From Eubacteriales bacterium (lineage in GTDB: Bacteria > Bacillota > Clostridia > Oscillospirales > CAG-272): DNA of 64,000 nt. The stretch's first letter is position 1. The number at the start of each line of letters is the position of its first letter. The stretch lies in assembly GCA_045603085.1 (NCBI GenBank), contig JAZULL010000033.1, positions 2,096-66,095 of the forward strand. Direction: 5' to 3'. The translations under genes and the position numbers were made by a program. Positions 17,696 through 25,462 of the stretch are shown here, in pieces. The notes beneath the pieces are model-generated. The model did not search any database and was not told the origin of the DNA. It worked only from the letters and a program-made list of their open reading frames with translations.

Positions 17696-19798
17696 ATGGA
17701 CTGTAATGTGCAAGAACATTTTTTGAAACTGTTTTGTGGCGGACGAGGAAATAACAATCCCGAGGATGCCCAGCCGATAGTAGAAGACAATTTCCTGCTG
17801 GTGGCGGATGGCCTTGGCGGTTCGGGTGGCTTTTCTCATGCCCAGCTGAAGCCTGAAGCGATGCAGGCAGATGCTTTTTTTGATACCGTGTTTTCGGACA
17901 TCTTTTCTAATTTGTCCGAAGAAGATTTTGCTCGCGTAAAGACGTATGCGGAAACCTCTTTGGAGTCGTATTTGGCATTGGACTACGAAGCAAAGACCGA
18001 TCGTCGCTGTATTTATACAAGCGGTTATTTTGCTTCCAGATTGGTCAGCACCCTGATGTTCGGCTATTTGCTTGAGATAGGCAAGGACGGAGTGGCGGAA
18101 ATTATTGAGGAATTTGCACAGCAGGCGGATAATTATGCGGAATTAAAGCGCAAGAATTCCGAGCGCTTTACCGAGATGGTTCGTAACAGATTAGTGCAAG
18201 TAGCGAACAATGGAAATTTCGTCAAGGAAACGAAAAATATCAGTAAGAGCATGCTCTTGTTACCGACCACGTTGGTCACTATGTTGTATCTGGAACGGGA
18301 GAACCACGTTGACGTAGTGTTCCTGTGGGCAGGAGATTCTCGCGGCTATTCCTGGGATAAGAATGGCCTTTTGCAGATAACAAATGATCACGAAACCGAT
18401 GGAGTGATGTATAACCAAATCAATTTGTCCGGCGGTTTTTATATTGAATGCGCATATCAACGCATTGCTAAGCCTTGTATGCTGTTCTGTACGTCGGACG
18501 GTTGCTATACCTGCATGTCCGCTCCGCTGGAATTTGAGTATTACTTCTTTGATCAGTTTCGTCAGGCAAATTCGTACGAAGAAGCTACCAAACTGTTGAT
18601 CAAGCTGTATGAGGATAATTCCCAGGACGATGCGAACACGGTTGCCATGCGTGTGTTTGGATATGACTCTTACGATCAACTCAAAGCCGATATTGCCGGA
18701 CGAGTAGATGCGATTTATGAGGAATATACCGGTGAGCTTCCTGAAATCTTCATCACAAATTTCGATGTGGAAAAGGTCACGGCAAAGAAAAAGATCAATC
18801 TTGTTGCAAAGAACCTCAATCCCGAGGAGCATCCGTGGCTTGCTTCGTATCTTCGGGGAACGCTTGGCCGGGATTCTGCCGAGGAAATACAGGCCAAATG
18901 TGCCGAGCGTGATCAGCGCATGAATGCATGCCGTGAGCAATTAACCGCTCTTGCAAAAACACATTATTGGAGTCTGGTTGAATACGTCGTGTCACATCAG
19001 ATCCGGGCAGATTGCTATAATGCACAGGATTATCAGCAATATCAGAAGGTGCAAAGAGATCTCGAATTGAAAAAGGAAATCTTCGAAGATACCCTCGATA
19101 AAATCTTTGAGGAATTGAAGAGCGGTGTCGAGGCGGCTGAAAAGGCGCTGTCGGAGATGAAGAATCTGGCTGATCCGCAACCGCATAAAACCCCCGCGAT
19201 TAACAACCTCAAGTTAGAGGTGGATTGGTTGGTTTCTGTAAGATCTAACAAGAACAAGAACAACGCCAAATCTTCTCTTAAAAAGGAAGAAATTGTGCTT
19301 CCCCTGCAACAGTGTCCCGCAGAGTGGGTTAGTGGCCATTGTAGCGAGATCGCAAAACTCAACAAGAGCTTGGCGAAATACCGTGATCAATACGCCGGCG
19401 AACACCCTGCATATCTGAAGTGTATTGTGGAGCTTTTGATCAATAAGGATATCAGCACAGAAGCTTTTGCAGCTCTTGATGTTGTTTCGCAGGCGGATCA
19501 GTTGGTGAATGAGTTTGTGGAGCTCGGTGCGATGCAGATACGAGAGGCAATAGAGATGCAGCACAAGGAGCTTGCACAGCAGTACTGGATTAAGAATCGC
19601 GTAGAGGTTCTTGCCGAGCTGTATGCGGATAATCCTGACGCACCGTTCTGGCAGGAATTTGATCAGTCCTTTGTTACGGCTCTTGCCAATTACTGTGCAG
19701 CCTGTGCGGCGATGAAGTTGAGAGATCAGCTTTATGACAGATATAACAGTTATTATTTTAGCAAACAGGAGGTAGTGCAGAATGCTCAGACGGTATAA
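17696..19798 (+). CDS. PP2C-family Ser/Thr phosphatase (N-terminal ~370 aa) fused to a ~330-aa helical C-terminal region of unknown function
   Basis: AAGGAG RBS before the ATG at 17696; track start 17600 trimmed. PP2C motifs in order: EDNFLLVADGLGG, WAGDSRGY, ITNDHE, CTSDGCY, DDANTVAM. I recognise no motif in the C-terminal half, which is coiled-coil-like. Confidence 0.8.
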   Translation: MDCNVQEHFLKLFCGGRGNNNPEDAQPIVEDNFLLVADGLGGSGGFSHAQLKPEAMQADAFFDTVFSDIFSNLSEEDFARVKTYAETSLESYLALDYEAKTDRRCIYTSGYFASRLVSTLMFGYLLEIGKDGVAEIIEEFAQQADNYAELKRKNSERFTEMVRNRLVQVANNGNFVKETKNISKSMLLLPTTLVTMLYLERENHVDVVFLWAGDSRGYSWDKNGLLQITNDHETDGVMYNQINLSGGFYIECAYQRIAKPCMLFCTSDGCYTCMSAPLEFEYYFFDQFRQANSYEEATKLLIKLYEDNSQDDANTVAMRVFGYDSYDQLKADIAGRVDAIYEEYTGELPEIFITNFDVEKVTAKKKINLVAKNLNPEEHPWLASYLRGTLGRDSAEEIQAKCAERDQRMNACREQLTALAKTHYWSLVEYVVSHQIRADCYNAQDYQQYQKVQRDLELKKEIFEDTLDKIFEELKSGVEAAEKALSEMKNLADPQPHKTPAINNLKLEVDWLVSVRSNKNKNNAKSSLKKEEIVLPLQQCPAEWVSGHCSEIAKLNKSLAKYRDQYAGEHPAYLKCIVELLINKDISTEAFAALDVVSQADQLVNEFVELGAMQIREAIEMQHKELAQQYWIKNRVEVLAELYADNPDAPFWQEFDQSFVTALANYCAACAAMKLRDQLYDRYNSYYFSKQEVVQNAQTV

Positions 19799-21176
19799 AC
19801 TGTTGGGCGAATGGAAATCGTCAACGGGCGGCCTGACGACTTTCGCTGAGAAGGGCGGCCACAAGTATTTTTTAAAAAAATACGATGCTCCGATTCGTCC
19901 CACGCATGATCAGGTCGAATCCGGCGTTTTAACCGAGAAAAAGTATCAACGCGGATTGGAGCGATTCAATCGCTTTTACGCTCTGCGTTCCGACATTAAT
20001 AATGCTCTTCGTTCCATGGCTTGCGCAGGCGGCAATATCATTTGCCCGCTGGAGTGGGGAATTGATGACAATAAGTTTGTTGAGGCAACAGAATACGTCC
20101 CCGAGCTTTTGGAAAGAGGAGAAGTCGAACGTCTGTCGGATAAAGACAAGGTCATGGTTTTGATGACGGCGATTGGCGCACTGGTAACGGTGCACAAGCA
20201 GGATATCATTCACGGAGACTTGAAATATACCAACATTGCGGTCGCAAAAAACAGTATGGGCTTCTATGTGGGTAAGTTGATTGACTTTGACTGCAGCTAC
20301 TTTTGTTCCAAAAAGCCCCCGGATTTGGGTGGAGACCAGATCTATATGTCCCCCGAGTTGGGCTTTTGTTGGTTGAATGAAATGAGTCCCGATTGCATTG
20401 CGCAGGTCGACTTCAAATCTGATATTTTCTCGCTGGGTGTTCTATTCCATGAATATATGACCAGACAGCGTCCCGAAATGGGAAGGATTCCCGAGGAAAT
20501 GGCGGGCAAGGATCCCGAATTGATTTATTATTGGGAATACGTTTTGTATGGCGGCGAACCTCAGGTCAGCAGAAAGATCAAGAACAAACGCCTTGCAAAC
20601 TTGATTGTGAGCATGCTGCAGCTTGATCCGACCAAGAGACCAACAGCGCAGGAAACACTTGCTGAGCTCAAACTGGTCAGAGATGAACTGTCCGGAAAAA
20701 TCAGTACAACACCGCCGCCTCCTGCACCGCCTAAGCCTGCACCGGCAGCCCGCACTTTCGAAGATCCTTGGCCCGAGCACGGCATTGTATATGATAAGGC
20801 AGCACTTGAACGCATGAAATTTGTTGGCGGCAAGAGAGCCGAGATTGCCGGAAAAAAGTGCTATGAATTCTACAGAGAAGGCGGAACCAAACATCCATAT
20901 AACTTGGACCGTCTTCTCAGCACCGGACTTGCGAAGCGCGCCGGTGCGACACCTCCTCCGCCCCCTCCCGCTACACCTGCGAGTGGTTTTGCCGAGCCTT
21001 GGCCGGAGCATAACATTGAATTTGTTCAGGCAGAAATCAATCGATTGAAGTACGTAAGCAGTACCCGCATCGAGGTGATGGGCAAAAAGGCTTATGAGTT
21101 TGCCAGAGCCAGCGGTACCAAGCATCGCTATACCAAGGAAAAGGCATTGGCCGAAGGCCTTGCAAAGAACAAATAA
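19782..21176 (+). CDS. Hanks-type Ser/Thr protein kinase with two C-terminal ~65-aa PWPEH repeats
   Basis: AGGAGG lies 8 nt upstream, and the start overlaps the PP2C stop by 17 nt. Motifs: YFLKKY (Lys), HGDLKYTNIAV (catalytic loop), DFD (DFG variant), YMSPE (APE variant). Then PPPPAPPKPAPA-[repeat]-ATPPPPPPATP-[repeat]. Confidence 0.85.
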   Translation: MLRRYKLLGEWKSSTGGLTTFAEKGGHKYFLKKYDAPIRPTHDQVESGVLTEKKYQRGLERFNRFYALRSDINNALRSMACAGGNIICPLEWGIDDNKFVEATEYVPELLERGEVERLSDKDKVMVLMTAIGALVTVHKQDIIHGDLKYTNIAVAKNSMGFYVGKLIDFDCSYFCSKKPPDLGGDQIYMSPELGFCWLNEMSPDCIAQVDFKSDIFSLGVLFHEYMTRQRPEMGRIPEEMAGKDPELIYYWEYVLYGGEPQVSRKIKNKRLANLIVSMLQLDPTKRPTAQETLAELKLVRDELSGKISTTPPPPAPPKPAPAARTFEDPWPEHGIVYDKAALERMKFVGGKRAEIAGKKCYEFYREGGTKHPYNLDRLLSTGLAKRAGATPPPPPPATPASGFAEPWPEHNIEFVQAEINRLKYVSSTRIEVMGKKAYEFARASGTKHRYTKEKALAEGLAKNK

Positions 21177-21181
21177 AAAAG

Positions 21182-21571
21182 AAAAAGGACACGCAACTTT
21201 GGCGTGATACTCTTATCGGAGTATCACGCTAAGTTATGATTGCCCATGCGGGCAAGTTATGAGTTATGATTGGCTACGCCAAGTTATGAGCGACTACGTC
21301 GCGTGAAAGGGATGCGAGGCAATCATATCATAACGTTTGCGATAGCAAACTCATAACGGTTCGCTAAATTGCAAGGCAATTTAGCGAACCTCATAACTCT
21401 AAACTGAAAAGCAGAAAAAAGAGAGAACAATGCGGCTATCAAACCGATTTGCTCTCTCTTCTGTTTTTATCGCCAGTCTCGCATTTGTATTACAAATGCA
21501 TCAGGCTATGCCCATACCCTTATTTTATTTCTCCGATAAGGACAACACCCTTTTTGTTGCGTGTCCTTTTT
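21182..21571. repeat. Hairpin-array intergenic element (copy B) bracketed by a 16-bp perfect inverted repeat
   Basis: AAAAAGGACACGCAAC (21182-21197) pairs with GTTGCGTGTCCTTTTT (21556-21571). Inside are four AGTTATGA words (21232, 21255, 21262, 21282) and three TCATAAC words (21328, 21351, 21391). These alternate with short palindromes: TTGCCCatgcGGGCAA, TTGGCtacGCCAA, GCGACtacGTCGC, GTTTGCgataGCAAAC, GGTTCGCTAAATTGCaagGCAATTTAGCGAACC. Confidence 0.8.
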
Positions 21572-21574
21572 TAT

Positions 21575-22531
21575 TTATTGTCCTAATGCTGCGTCGAAGA
21601 ATGCGGCGATCTCGGCCATCAGAGCCATATCGTGCTCGCCGCTCTCGTCGCGCATGACCAGATGGTCACGGTCGGCGTAGGTCTTGAAGGTGAATCGGTC
21701 ATCGTCGGCATATTCCTTGATGTAGGTGTCGTGTCCGTATTCGATCGGGATGGTGTCGTCCAGCTCGCCGTGTACCACAAACACCTCGCAATCGCTGTTC
21801 TCAAAGCCCTTCATGGCCGAGGAAAAAGCGTATTTGCCGCCGTAGGTGACAAATTCGTAGGCGGATACAAAGGGAAGGAGCACCTTGCCCATGGGGCCCA
21901 CCATCTGGCAGCCGCGGTATTCGATCATGTCCATGGATTTGTTCCAGCCCGCCAGCGAGGCAACCGCTTCGACGTCGGGGTGGGTATTGAGCGCGTTGGC
22001 AACCGAAAGGCCGCCCCAGCTGTAGCCCATCAGCACGGTGGGCAGGTCTGCCGCCTCGGGCAAAGCCTCGGCATAGGTGATGGCGTAGTCCAGATCAATA
22101 AATCCCTGCGGCAGGCCGCCGATCTCCTCGCCCTCGCTCTCGTCGTTGGCGGTAGCGTCGTAGGCGAAGACCAGATAGCCCTGCGAGCAGAAATAATCAA
22201 AAATGTCCATATAACCGGTCTGTCCGCCGCCGCCCAGGCCGTGCGCAAACACCAAAAGCGCCTTGAGAGCCACGTCGGGATCGGTACTCTTATAGAGATA
22301 TCCCACCAGCGTGTGCCCCTGCAGGGTGGTAAAGGTGTGACGCTCGCGGGCGAGCTCGGGAAATTCGGCAATATCAAAGGCCGCTTCCGCATCGGTGGTA
22401 CAGCGGTAGCCGAAGCTGGCCGAGTAGATCGAGACGGCTGCGATATATCCGCCGCCCATGCCGCCGACGACCGCGAGCACCAGCACAGCGGCAACGACGG
22501 AAATTATTATCTTCTTTTTATTGGACTGCAT
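21575..22531 (-). CDS. Membrane-anchored alpha/beta hydrolase
   Basis: GGAGG RBS before the ATG at 22531; track start trimmed. N-terminal TM IIISVVAAVLVLAVVGG. GYSWGG nucleophile elbow (GxSxG). HGELDDTIP and a late DH motif are consistent with a Ser-Asp-His triad. Confidence 0.8.
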   Translation of the reverse strand: MQSNKKKIIISVVAAVLVLAVVGGMGGGYIAAVSIYSASFGYRCTTDAEAAFDIAEFPELARERHTFTTLQGHTLVGYLYKSTDPDVALKALLVFAHGLGGGGQTGYMDIFDYFCSQGYLVFAYDATANDESEGEEIGGLPQGFIDLDYAITYAEALPEAADLPTVLMGYSWGGLSVANALNTHPDVEAVASLAGWNKSMDMIEYRGCQMVGPMGKVLLPFVSAYEFVTYGGKYAFSSAMKGFENSDCEVFVVHGELDDTIPIEYGHDTYIKEYADDDRFTFKTYADRDHLVMRDESGEHDMALMAEIAAFFDAALGQ

Positions 22532-22594
22532 AAAAACCTCCATGATCTTGATGTGACTATTGTAACACAATATCGGTCGAAATGCAAGACTTTG

Positions 22595-23275
22595 CTATAA
22601 ATAAATCACAAGACCCCCGTGTCGCGGGCGGTCGAGATAGGCCTTGAGTGCTCCGCGCGGACGGATCTGCAGGGCGGATTGCGGGCAGGAGCCGATACAT
22701 CGCAGACAGCGCATGCAACGGCTGCTCGGTTTACCGTCCCGCATCGCCCCTGCGGGGCAGGTGGCGGTGCAGAGACCGCAGGCGGTGCAGGCATCGGTTT
22801 TGGTGATCTGCAGCCCCACGCGGCTTCGCCATGCGGGAAAAAAGGATGCAAAGGGGTGCTTGGGCGAGCGGGGGACGGTTGCGGGGTGCGGATCGCGGAT
22901 GCGATCAAGGATGGGCGAGAGGGCGTCGGCGTCAAAGTCCGCGCTCTCTCCCAGAAAGCTGTGCCCCGTGGGCACGGCGGCCGCCGCGACGGTGGTGGCG
23001 CGTGTGACGCGCCCTGCCTCGTACAACACGTTGCCAAAGGAAAATTTACCGTAGGTGGCGATCGGTGCGAGGTAGGTGGCGTCAAGATTTTTCAAAAAAT
23101 CCTTGACTATGGGCGGGATATTCTGACAGTAAACGGGAAAGACCACCCCCGCCACCTCGGCACGGCCGTGGGTGTCGGCCGTGATCTCGGTCACGGGAGC
23201 GTCAAGGGCGCGGGCGAGGAATGCTGCAACCGAGGCGCTGTGACCGCTGCCCGAAAAATAATAGACGTGAGTCAT
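22595..23275 (-). CDS. EFR1-family ferredoxin (flavodoxin-like domain plus 2x[4Fe-4S])
   Basis: MTHVYYFSGSGHS flavodoxin-like start. CTACGLCTATCP and CMRCLRCIGSCP cluster motifs. Its ATG overlaps the upstream stop (ATGA). Confidence 0.75.
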   Translation of the reverse strand: MTHVYYFSGSGHSASVAAFLARALDAPVTEITADTHGRAEVAGVVFPVYCQNIPPIVKDFLKNLDATYLAPIATYGKFSFGNVLYEAGRVTRATTVAAAAVPTGHSFLGESADFDADALSPILDRIRDPHPATVPRSPKHPFASFFPAWRSRVGLQITKTDACTACGLCTATCPAGAMRDGKPSSRCMRCLRCIGSCPQSALQIRPRGALKAYLDRPRHGGLVIYL

Positions 23276-24672
23276 ACGCGTTCTCCTATGCATCCGCACA
23301 TGATGGCGCATTCGGGGATGGGCTCGAGCGAAAATCCCAGCAGGTGCTCCATTTCGTAGAGCATTTGCTCACGCGTGCGGCCGCAATTGCGGCTTGCAAG
23401 CGAGATCTCGATGGCGCTGAACGGTATTATTTTGCTCTGACAGTTGTAAAAACGGACAAATTGCGAGTGATCCTTGCAGCGCTCGATATGGCAGCTGGTA
23501 TGCAGGGCCTTTTGGCTGTCGTCGGGCGCGACCCAGCCGCACTGATCGATTAAAGTGTCCTTGACCTCGTTCCAGTCGTAAGTGCCGCCGCATATTCGGT
23601 CAAAATCCAGATGCACAAAGGCGGGGATGCGGCCTGTGCGCGAGGAATGGCGAATGGCCCTTTTCAGGGGCGGCAGGAGAGTGGGCACTTGGTGAATGGC
23701 CGTGACCACGTTGGAAACCAAGGAATTGGAGTAGCCGCTGAGCCGCTTGAGCGGGTGGTCGCCGTATGCCAGCTGCTTCATGGTCAGGAGCGTTTGCAGC
23801 TGCCCCTTTTTCAAGGGAGGCCGCAGGGTCAGCAGACGACCCGTGTTGATCAGCGCCGCAAGAGATCGACTTTCGGCAAATTTGAAGGCGAATTTGGGTG
23901 CCATGTGGTTGTAGTAAAGTCCCAGCATCTGCACCGGCTCGTTGCCCACCACAAAATAGGGAACGCGCATCTGCACCAGCTCGGGGTAGAACAAAAGATA
24001 GGCCAGCGAGGGGCAGGCGCAGGTGTTGCCGGCAAGCTCGTAAAGCTTACGGTAGATGCAATCCAGATCGTTTTTGCTGACCGAGCGGCTGATGAATTCC
24101 ACGTTTGTAAAACGCTTTTTGGCGTTTTCGATGCTGGCGCGGGCGCAGTCCGACATAAAGGGGATCTCCCAGGTCAGCGCCAGCACGCGCAAGCCCTTTT
24201 GCATGGCAAGGTGGTAGAGTAAGAAGGTGGAATCCTTGCCGCCCGTGTAAAAGACTGCCACGTCAAAGCGGGATTTTTTGGATCTCGGGATGTCGTTGAT
24301 CACGGGAACAACGCTGCGCAGCTCGCGCACGTCGTCGGCGGTCTGACACATGGGGCACCTGCCTTCGGTGTCAAATTCAAGACCGGGGATGATAAAATCA
24401 TTGGCGGCACAGCACTTGCAAAAGTGCGCTTCGGCAAGGGAGCTCGGCGTGGCACGGTATTGCTCACGCGGCACGATCTGGACGCCAAGTAAACGCCCGA
24501 GAGTGTTCTTTTGCGCCTCGGTCAGAGAGCAGGGGAGCGCTGAGAGAATCTCGCGTTGCGCCCGAGTTGTCCACACGGTGTTGCGGAACATATTCTCTTT
24601 GTTGCGCAGACCGTAATAGCAAAGATGCTTGCCTTCCAAAACCCAGCGGTTTTGCAGAACGAATTCCTGCAC
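23272..24672 (-). CDS. PP-loop ATP-pyrophosphatase superfamily protein, N-acetyl-sugar amidotransferase-like
   Basis: GTG start with an AGGAGG RBS. Cys cluster CKCCAANDFIIPGLEFDTEGRCPMC, followed by the PP-loop VFYTGGKDST. The C-terminus EISLASRNCGRTREQMLYEM resembles the WbuX/PseA-type family. The ~80-aa N-terminal extension is unassigned. Confidence 0.6.
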   Translation of the reverse strand: MQEFVLQNRWVLEGKHLCYYGLRNKENMFRNTVWTTRAQREILSALPCSLTEAQKNTLGRLLGVQIVPREQYRATPSSLAEAHFCKCCAANDFIIPGLEFDTEGRCPMCQTADDVRELRSVVPVINDIPRSKKSRFDVAVFYTGGKDSTFLLYHLAMQKGLRVLALTWEIPFMSDCARASIENAKKRFTNVEFISRSVSKNDLDCIYRKLYELAGNTCACPSLAYLLFYPELVQMRVPYFVVGNEPVQMLGLYYNHMAPKFAFKFAESRSLAALINTGRLLTLRPPLKKGQLQTLLTMKQLAYGDHPLKRLSGYSNSLVSNVVTAIHQVPTLLPPLKRAIRHSSRTGRIPAFVHLDFDRICGGTYDWNEVKDTLIDQCGWVAPDDSQKALHTSCHIERCKDHSQFVRFYNCQSKIIPFSAIEISLASRNCGRTREQMLYEMEHLLGFSLEPIPECAIMCGCIGERV

Positions 24673-24702
24673 GGTGACACCTCCTTTTTGTGGGAATGTC
24701 TT

Positions 24703-24731
24703 ATTGTATCATATTTTGCAACGTTTTGCAA
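24703..24731 (-). promoter_or_regulatory. Promoter of the PP-loop/ferredoxin operon
   Basis: On the minus strand: TTGCAA (24726-24731), 17-nt spacer, TGaTACAAT (24703-24708). Confidence 0.6.
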
Positions 24732-24813
24732 GATGGGCAAAGGGACAATGCTCCCGCCACCGGCGGCGCTCGCAACCGCTCCCTCTCACGCCGGCGTCAA
24801 CCGACACCTTCAA

Positions 24814-24838
24814 AGTTCAAATCTCTCCATCTCCGCCA
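24814..24838 (+). other. 25-nt copy of the tRNA-Ser(GCU) 3' end (T-loop to CCA); att-like remnant
   Basis: AGTTCAAATCTCTCCATCTCCGCCA is the exact reverse complement of 27078-27102. There is no tRNA 5' part upstream. Confidence 0.85.
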
Positions 24839-24839
24839 G

Positions 24840-24877
24840 AAAAAGACTCAGGATTGGATACAATTCTGAGTCTTTTT
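24840..24877 (+). terminator. Hairpin terminator immediately after the tRNA 3'-end fragment
   Basis: AAAAAGACTCAG-(14 nt)-CTGAGTCTTTTT. Confidence 0.7.
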
Positions 24878-24882
24878 CAACT

Positions 24883-25040
24883 AAATCCACCTTTTCAGGT
24901 GGGATAAATCGTATTTACGATGAAATCCCACATGCGTGGGATGAAATCCGCCTCGCCGGCGGGTGGGTGGATTTAATTTCATCCAAGCTTGGCTTGGATT
25001 TCATCTGCCACAGGCAGATTTCATCGCGCAGCGATTTCAT
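24883..25040. repeat. Hairpin-array element (copy C) built on the word GATGAAATC and its complement
   Basis: Forward words: TAAATCC, GGATAAATC, GATGAAATC, GGATGAAATC (24883-24948). Then four reverse words GATTTCAT (24970-25040). Each pair of words is separated by a small palindrome: CCACatgcGTGG, CGCCtcgccGGCG, CCAAGCttgGCTTGG, CTGCCacaGGCAG, CGCgcaGCG. Confidence 0.75.
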
Positions 25041-25089
25041 TATTGCTTTTCTTTTAGATTTGTGCTATACTTAAGTCGAGGTGATCATT

Positions 25090-25440
25090 ATGGCAGAAAA
25101 TAAGCTTGCGGATTTATCTATGGATTTTGCAGTAAGTATTTTGAAAGTGACTGACGGCATTAAGGGGCACTATTCTCTTATCCATCAGTTGGAGCGTAGT
25201 GCGACATCTATTGGTGCTAATATTCGTGAAGCAAAATATGCTCATAGCAAGGCAGATTTTGTATCAAAGCTTCAAATTGCATTAAAAGAGTGCTATGAAA
25301 CTGAATATTGGCTTGAGCTTATGCAAAAATCTGAGATTTTCACTGATGATGTTGTGAAAAATCTCTTGCACGATTGCGGTGCAATCAGACGAATGTTGAT
25401 TTCATCTATTAATACCACAAAATCAAATATAGTCAAATAA
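25090..25440 (+). CDS. Four-helix-bundle protein (23S rRNA intervening-sequence protein family)
   Basis: LADLSMDFAVSILKV...LIHQLERSATSIGANIREAKYAHSKADFVSKLQIALKECYETEYWLELM matches the family signature. GAGGTGA RBS before the ATG at 25090. Confidence 0.8.
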   Translation: MAENKLADLSMDFAVSILKVTDGIKGHYSLIHQLERSATSIGANIREAKYAHSKADFVSKLQIALKECYETEYWLELMQKSEIFTDDVVKNLLHDCGAIRRMLISSINTTKSNIVK

Positions 25441-25462
25441 ACACAAGACTTTGATCTAACCG

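Noticed and set aside
21232-21397. Possible CRISPR arrays: the word/palindrome arrays here and at 24883-25040 and 36747-36829
   Set aside because: The repeats are only 8-9 nt. The spacers are 9-31 nt and self-complementary. The word orientation flips mid-array. No cas genes are in the window. This is not CRISPR architecture.
24814-24838. A second tRNA-Ser gene
   Set aside because: Only the last 25 nt (T-loop to CCA) are present. The upstream sequence cannot form acceptor, D or anticodon arms. The ...CTCTCTCCGCCA string at 26176-26207 is likewise not foldable into a tRNA.
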